The notes under the pieces are model-generated. The model was not told the origin of the DNA. It searched no databases and saw only the letters and a list, made by a program, of their open reading frames with translations. Shown in pieces: positions 6,926 to 11,244 of a DNA stretch of 11,244 nt. Each line of letters starts with the position of its first letter. The stretch's first letter is position 1. Location of the stretch: contig JBHLLP010000072.1 in assembly GCA_048885525.1 (NCBI GenBank), forward strand, positions 1 through 11,244. Reading direction: 5' to 3'. The stretch comes from Candidatus Hermodarchaeota archaeon (lineage in GTDB: Archaea > Asgardarchaeota > Lokiarchaeia > Sigyniarchaeales > SOKP01). The position numbers were made by a program, and so were the translations under genes.

Positions 6926-7339
6926 TTGAAATATTTAGAGTTCATGGAAATAAATTCTATTGATTCTGGATCTTCTCAGCATCAACTTAATAATATAATA
7001 AAATGTGGTATTTGTCATGCTGAGATAGAGAATTCAGCAACAATTTATCAAGATGGGCTTCATTTTGGAGTAGTATGTGAGAAATGTTATAAAACTAATT
7101 CTCGAGAAGACCTCGAACTTATGGCAAACATGTTCTTGGCTTATGGAGGATACTTTGGAATGATAAAAGATTCCAACTACTCTTTATATAAGACCTTAAA
7201 AAGGGTAGTTTCACAAATAAGCACTAAGGAAAAAGATATCTCTGTTGAAAAATTAAATATTAAATTAATGCATCAAGTTCTCTTACATGGTATTACGCCA
7301 CATCAGTTCATACAGGGATTGAAAATACTCTTGGAATAA
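6926..7339 (+). CDS. C4 zinc-finger protein with helical C-terminal domain, function unknown
   Basis: CGIC-x21-CEKC followed by a helical region (MFLAYGGYFG; HQVLLHGITP). The true start may be ATG 6944 rather than TTG 6926. Confidence 0.7.
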   Translation: MKYLEFMEINSIDSGSSQHQLNNIIKCGICHAEIENSATIYQDGLHFGVVCEKCYKTNSREDLELMANMFLAYGGYFGMIKDSNYSLYKTLKRVVSQISTKEKDISVEKLNIKLMHQVLLHGITPHQFIQGLKILLE

Positions 7340-7341
7340 CA

Positions 7342-7410
7342 TTTTCTTTTTATTTTTTTCTAAAATAAATCCCTTTCTTTCTAAATCTTTTATTTTTTTA
7401 ACATTTTATT
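7342..7410 (+). terminator. Extended T-rich terminator region
   Basis: Several T4-T6 runs start immediately after the TAA at 7337-7339. Confidence 0.5.
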
Positions 7411-7500
7411 CATTTCAATCACAAAATGTATAAAAATAATCTTATAATTTTATATAATTGAAATCACATATTTTGGCGAAATAACTAGTAGGGAATCAAA

Positions 7501-8172
7501 TTGAGTGAAATAAGTCTAGCTATGAATAAAATTGCCAAAGAACTTAAAAAGACAAATCCTTCAAAAAAAAAGATTCTCAATTTTTTATATGACTTACAAC
7601 TTTATGATTTCGAATTTCTGAATAGTATCGGTGAAACATATAAACTTAACCCTCAATTTTTTATGAAAGAACTCTATTCAAATATATGGAAAAAAATGGG
7701 TAAATTACTAGGAAAAAACGGAAGAATTCGAGGAATACGATATATTTTTGAAAATTATTGTTTATATGATGGTGAAAAAATCCAGTATGAATGTGAGGGG
7801 TCAATTCAGAAAAAAAAGCCTTTAAAGAAGCCCTTAATTAAACTCTTAGTAAGTTTAGGAGTAATTTTTATTACTAATCATAGAATTATTGCAGAGGGTA
7901 AACTTACTGTTAACGAACTCTTACAAACAAGGAAAGCAAATATAAGAGATTTTAATGGACAGGAGCGATATAAAAAAAATAGAACCGCAAAAGAAATTTT
8001 AGTTAAAGCCTCAGAATTATGTTTTGGATATGTTTTCCAAGTTAAAAATCTCTCTAATTTAAAGAAGAGTGGACGAAAACTAAGTTATAATCTAGATGAT
8101 GGAAAGACGATTATCACTGCCAAAAAAGAACAAATAGATAAACTCTTTGACATATTAAATCAGTTTCAATAA
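7501..8172 (+). CDS. Lysine-rich hypothetical protein with probable PH-like (GRAM/bPH) domain (223 aa)
   Basis: L-x-x-GE-x-I (LYDGEKI) and G-x-h-h-h-T-N-x-R-h-h (GVIFITNHRII) motifs typical of GRAM/bacterial-PH folds, ending in an amphipathic helix (QIDKLFDILNQF). Start TTG 7501 or ATG 7522. Confidence 0.6.
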   Translation: MSEISLAMNKIAKELKKTNPSKKKILNFLYDLQLYDFEFLNSIGETYKLNPQFFMKELYSNIWKKMGKLLGKNGRIRGIRYIFENYCLYDGEKIQYECEGSIQKKKPLKKPLIKLLVSLGVIFITNHRIIAEGKLTVNELLQTRKANIRDFNGQERYKKNRTAKEILVKASELCFGYVFQVKNLSNLKKSGRKLSYNLDDGKTIITAKKEQIDKLFDILNQFQ

Positions 8173-8314
8173 TTTATATGAAAAGATTCAGATTTAAACT
8201 AAGATAAACATATATATCTATTTTTGTTATATAGATGTTAATGACACCAAATTCAATAATTAATATGAAAAAGATGTGATAAAAATAAAGATTGAAATAA
8301 TTTTCTTAGCCAGA

Positions 8315-8494
8315 ATGGCTCAGCAATTAATCCACCACAATTCAAGTGAGACAAAGATAACAAAAATAGAAAAAAAGAATTTCTTCCAGGAAGCGTTGCA
8401 ATATATTGAACAGTATATAGATAAGACTGGATTTAAAATATTCAGTATAGATTCCGAACAGGGAGGAATCTCATATTTTCTAATAAAAGAGTAA
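8315..8494 (+). CDS. Small hypothetical protein (59 aa from ATG 8315), weakly DUF4177-like beta-alpha-beta-beta pattern
   Basis: MAQQLIHH...FQEALQYIEQYIDKTGFKIFSIDSEQGGISYFLIKE*. Protein-like composition, no overlap with other genes, T-rich tract downstream. The ORF track extends it to GTG 8276. Confidence 0.5.
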   Translation: MAQQLIHHNSSETKITKIEKKNFFQEALQYIEQYIDKTGFKIFSIDSEQGGISYFLIKE

Positions 8495-8520
8495 TAAAAA
8501 AGAGTTTAAGGAAAAACCTC

Positions 8521-8570
8521 CTTTCTTATTAAATTTTTTTTCTTCTTTATTTTTTCATTTATTTTCCTTT
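8521..8570 (+). terminator. T-rich terminator region
   Basis: Multiple T runs (including T9 at 8534-8542) downstream of the stop at 8494. Confidence 0.4.
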
Positions 8571-8704
8571 AAATAATCTTGTACTACAAATATTTATCGA
8601 GAAAAGGAGGAAATAAAAAGATCTTAGTAATGGGATTTTTTCTCTTTGGTGTAAATTTAAATTTTTATTTCTTCTTTTTCTTTTCTTTTTTTTCTTTAAA
8701 TGAT

Positions 8705-8790
8705 TTTTCTTTTGCATTTAGGACATTAAGGAGAAGATGAATTCTAACCCTAAACCTTGTCTCTAAATTTTTTTTTGCAATTAGGACATT
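8705..8790 (-). repeat. Imperfect direct repeat (21/23 nt, 63-nt period) encoding CPxC-KxK
   Basis: 8705-8727 versus 8768-8790; core TTTTGCA(T/A)TTAGGACATT. One copy lies inside the 103-aa gene and the other downstream of its stop, in the same frame. Confidence 0.7.
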
Positions 8791-9061
8791 GATAAGTAGA
8801 ATCTGTCTCTAAATATTCCATAAAAATACTACAGTACGGACACTCTCTCTTTTTCTGTGATTTTTTACTTATTGTTGATACCACCAAACTTATTAGTCCG
8901 ATTATCGTTAGGATTATACCGATAATCAACCAAAATAACATATTCAACATATTCAGTGAATTCCAATTCCAATTTATTGACCCCGCGCCCCACAGGCCGA
9001 GTATGATGATTACCAAACCTACCATTAGAATTATCAAACCTGCTATTTGAGCTCTTTTCAA
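8750..9061 (-). CDS. Two-TM membrane protein with C-terminal zinc ribbon (103 aa)
   Basis: Two Gly/Ile/Leu-rich TM helices, basic stop-transfer KKSQKKR, then CPYC-x14-CPNC. TTG start preceded by SD-like GAGGATGA. Confidence 0.75.
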   Translation of the reverse strand: MKRAQIAGLIILMVGLVIIILGLWGAGSINWNWNSLNMLNMLFWLIIGIILTIIGLISLVVSTISKKSQKKRECPYCSIFMEYLETDSTYQCPNCKKKFRDKV

Positions 9062-9208
9062 ATTTTCATCCTCTAAATCGTTTTATAATTGAAATATAAA
9101 ATAGCTATAATTTCTTTTATTTTTGAATTTTCTCTTTTTTTCTTTATATAAGCTTACTTGATTTACATTTTAACAAAATCATTTAAAGGGAGTTGATATA
9201 CAAAAAGG

Positions 9209-10450
9209 ATGGCTGATTTAGATCAAGTAAAGGGTATTAATTCACGCCAAATAAAGTTACTACAAGAGAATGGAATAAGTACAGCGGAAGCTTTAGCTAT
9301 GAGTCCTCATTCTACAGTAGCAACAATTGACGGGTTAGGTGAAAAAACAGCAAAAAAGCTTATCTGGAACGCGAGGAATGCATTAGGAATGACTGATTTT
9401 ACTCCTGCGGCCAAAATTGATGATAATGTAGAGTATTTTACAACTGGTTCTGCCGAATTAAATCGTATTTTAGGAGGAGGATTTCAAACTGGGAAACTAA
9501 CAGAAGTATATGGGCCATTTAAGTCTGGAAAAACAGCATTGGCTCACACTTTATCAGTTACAGTTCAATTACCTCCGAAGAAGGGTGGAATTGATAGTGC
9601 AGCTGCTTATGTTGATACCGAAAATACATTTTCAAAAGAAAAGATTAAACGGATTGCAAAACGATTTGATTTAAATCCAAAAGATGTGCTCTCAAGAATT
9701 TTTCATGCAAGGATTTATTCTTCAGATCATCAAGCTCAGATGATTCAAAAAGCTGAGACCCTCTGTAAGACTCGTGGAGTCCGTTTGATAATTATAGACA
9801 GTCTAATGGCACTACTTCGAGCAGAATACATCGGTATTGGTAAACTAGCTCCAAGACAAGCAGTTCTTAATAATATGATTCATGCATTATCACGAGTGGC
9901 AGAAACTTACAATTGTGCTGTCTTGCTTACAAATCAAGTTGCCACCAAAATGATGGGGATGTTTTCAGCTGATGATGCTATTGGTGGTAATATTGTTGCG
10001 CATGGGTGTCATTTTAGGGTCATGTTTAAAACAAAGGGTTTCTCATCAAACAACTCATTAAAGCGTAGAGCTGTAATCGTGGATGCTCCTGACTTACCCC
10101 CTGAAGAATGCGAATTTTTTATTACTGGTGCGGGGGTAGCCGATACAGATAAAGTAGACCTTCCCGAATCACCTGGATTGGATTTTGAAATCGAAACTTT
10201 ATATGAAGAGGATGAAGATAACCCAGAAGTTAGCGATGGTTCAGATCAACAATCAATTGAAGATTTACCTTTAATTAAAGTGAAAGGTATTGGCAAAGGA
10301 ACTGTAGAGAGTTTGAATTCTCAAGGAATAAAAACTATATCGGATTTATTAGCAGCAGATCCCGAAGAGCTTTCTGCTAGTATCTCGGGAGCCTCGATAA
10401 AGACGGTGAGCGATTGGCAGAATAATGCGAAAGCATTAATGGATTCTTAA
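9209..10450 (+). CDS. radA: RadA/Rad51-family recombinase (paralogue) with acidic linker and extra C-terminal HhH domain (413 aa)
   Basis: N-terminal (HhH)2 domain, FxxA polymerisation motif (FTPA), TTGS..L..ILGGG, Walker A GPFKSGKT, YVDTENTF, Walker B LIIIDS, RAEY, TNQV, IGGNIVAH, DAPDLP..E..F.IT..GV.D. About 100 extra residues follow. Confidence 0.92.
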   Translation: MADLDQVKGINSRQIKLLQENGISTAEALAMSPHSTVATIDGLGEKTAKKLIWNARNALGMTDFTPAAKIDDNVEYFTTGSAELNRILGGGFQTGKLTEVYGPFKSGKTALAHTLSVTVQLPPKKGGIDSAAAYVDTENTFSKEKIKRIAKRFDLNPKDVLSRIFHARIYSSDHQAQMIQKAETLCKTRGVRLIIIDSLMALLRAEYIGIGKLAPRQAVLNNMIHALSRVAETYNCAVLLTNQVATKMMGMFSADDAIGGNIVAHGCHFRVMFKTKGFSSNNSLKRRAVIVDAPDLPPEECEFFITGAGVADTDKVDLPESPGLDFEIETLYEEDEDNPEVSDGSDQQSIEDLPLIKVKGIGKGTVESLNSQGIKTISDLLAADPEELSASISGASIKTVSDWQNNAKALMDS

Positions 10451-10451
10451 A

Positions 10452-11243
10452 TTATTTTTTTTTCAATTCTTCTTTTGAAATGTTCTCGGAAGTTTTGATA
10501 TCAATCTTGGGTTCATCTTTTTTATATTTCTTTGACGGTTTTGAAGGATCGATTGGAGAATCACATACCCAACAAACATTATTTAAATTACTTAGAGCAG
10601 TTGCACATTTAGTGCAGTATAATGCATTACAGGATGAACAAATAAAATTAAATCCTTCTACTTTTCCTTTACAAACCAGACAAATAATTTTTTCTCTAAA
10701 AAAAGTTACCTCTGCTTCAGAAATCTGCAAAGGTCTTAAACGCGATAATGTATCTATTAATGAAATTTGTGAGGTTTTAGAAGTTTGATTTTTAATCGAA
10801 ATAAAATCTCCAGTTTGAACTTGTTTTTCCCTTAGAGCAAAATAAAAAAACCACGAACTACTCTGATATCCTATTCTGACTAAAAATAAAGTAATACCTG
10901 GATCAGTTAATGCATCTAATGTTCCAGTGATTACAAATATAATCCAACCAACTGATAATAGAGAGAACCTTTTTCTTATTTCTCCAGCAGCTTGTTTAGC
11001 TTTAATAGCAAATCCAAATCCCATAAATACCAAAGCACTAACTAGGAAGAAAGCAATAAGTATAAATGTAGGGTGAGTTCTATTAAAATTTAGATCAATT
11101 ATATCAGCACCAGGTTGATCTGGTAGTGTTAATGTAAATGATTTGTTCAAATCAAGTATCAAGAAAAACTCAAAAATAATTCCTAGAATTAAATACGTCC
11201 CTACAATTCCTATAATCGTTCTCTTTTTTTCGGAAATTAGAAG
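10452..11243 (-). CDS. 3' part of a multi-pass membrane protein with C-terminal C4C4 RING-like zinc finger (5' end outside window)
   Basis: The frame stays open from the TTG at 11162 to the window edge (LLISEKKRTIIGIVGTYLILGIIFEFF-LILD...), so the gene is truncated. At least four TM helices, then CLVC-x10-CSSC-x4-CTKC-x10-CWVC and a Lys-rich tail. Confidence 0.8.
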   Translation of the reverse strand, partial: LLISEKKRTIIGIVGTYLILGIIFEFFLILDLNKSFTLTLPDQPGADIIDLNFNRTHPTFILIAFFLVSALVFMGFGFAIKAKQAAGEIRKRFSLLSVGWIIFVITGTLDALTDPGITLFLVRIGYQSSSWFFYFALREKQVQTGDFISIKNQTSKTSQISLIDTLSRLRPLQISEAEVTFFREKIICLVCKGKVEGFNFICSSCNALYCTKCATALSNLNNVCWVCDSPIDPSKPSKKYKKDEPKIDIKTSENISKEELKKK

Positions 11244-11244
11244 G

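Noticed and set aside
7412-7464. ATTTCAAT/ATTGAAAT inverted repeat and AATCACA direct repeat around a TATA-like box
   Set aside because: Short arms with a 37-nt spacer in extremely AT-rich DNA; not distinguishable from chance without comparative data.
5058-8574. Identical 13-mer TTTTCCTTTAAAT at 5058-5070 and 8562-8574, and pyrimidine tracts before several TATA-like boxes, as a motif for the alternative TFB
   Set aside because: Low-complexity AT-rich sequence; the second copy sits in a terminator region between convergent genes, so chance is sufficient.
8630-8740. 36-codon Phe-rich plus-strand ORF (MGFFLFGV...)
   Set aside because: A translation of T-tracts; the AGGAGG is too far upstream to serve as its SD.
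10480-10788. 102-aa plus-strand ORF
   Set aside because: Lies entirely antisense within the membrane/RING gene.
1-11244. CRISPR array, IS/transposase, integrase/provirus, rRNA or tRNA
   Set aside because: No regularly spaced repeats, recombinase or transposase motifs, terminal repeats or GC-rich structured RNA genes were seen.

Overview
AT-rich archaeal chromosomal DNA. The gene repertoire (divergent TFB paralogue, two RadA/Rad51-family genes, membrane proteins with C-terminal Cys-rich Zn fingers, T-tract terminators, TATA/BRE promoters) suggests an Asgard archaeon of the Lokiarchaeia type; this assignment is inference. Left to right: the 3' end of a probable FGGY-type kinase; a perfect 28-bp palindrome; a 969-aa membrane-anchored surface protein built from about 12 prenyltransferase/squalene-cyclase-type helical repeats; a divergent TFB/TFIIB paralogue with a C-terminal extension; a 411-bp divergent intergenic region; a tight operon encoding an M50-like HEXXH membrane metalloprotease, a small 2-TM protein and an NTD-less Rad51/RadB-like ATPase, followed by a C4 Zn-finger protein; a PH/GRAM-like protein; a small hypothetical protein; a 2-TM Zn-ribbon protein with an in-frame relic CxxC repeat behind its stop codon; a RadA with a second HhH domain at the C-terminus and altered DNA-binding loops; and the 3' part of a multi-pass membrane protein ending in a C4C4 RING-like finger. 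The best candidate for an undescribed system is the divergent 'alternative TFB / membrane metalloprotease / membrane-tethered partner / Rad51 paralogue / Zn finger' module. No rRNA, tRNA, CRISPR array, transposase or integrase was seen. All family calls come from motifs read by eye; no searches were run.
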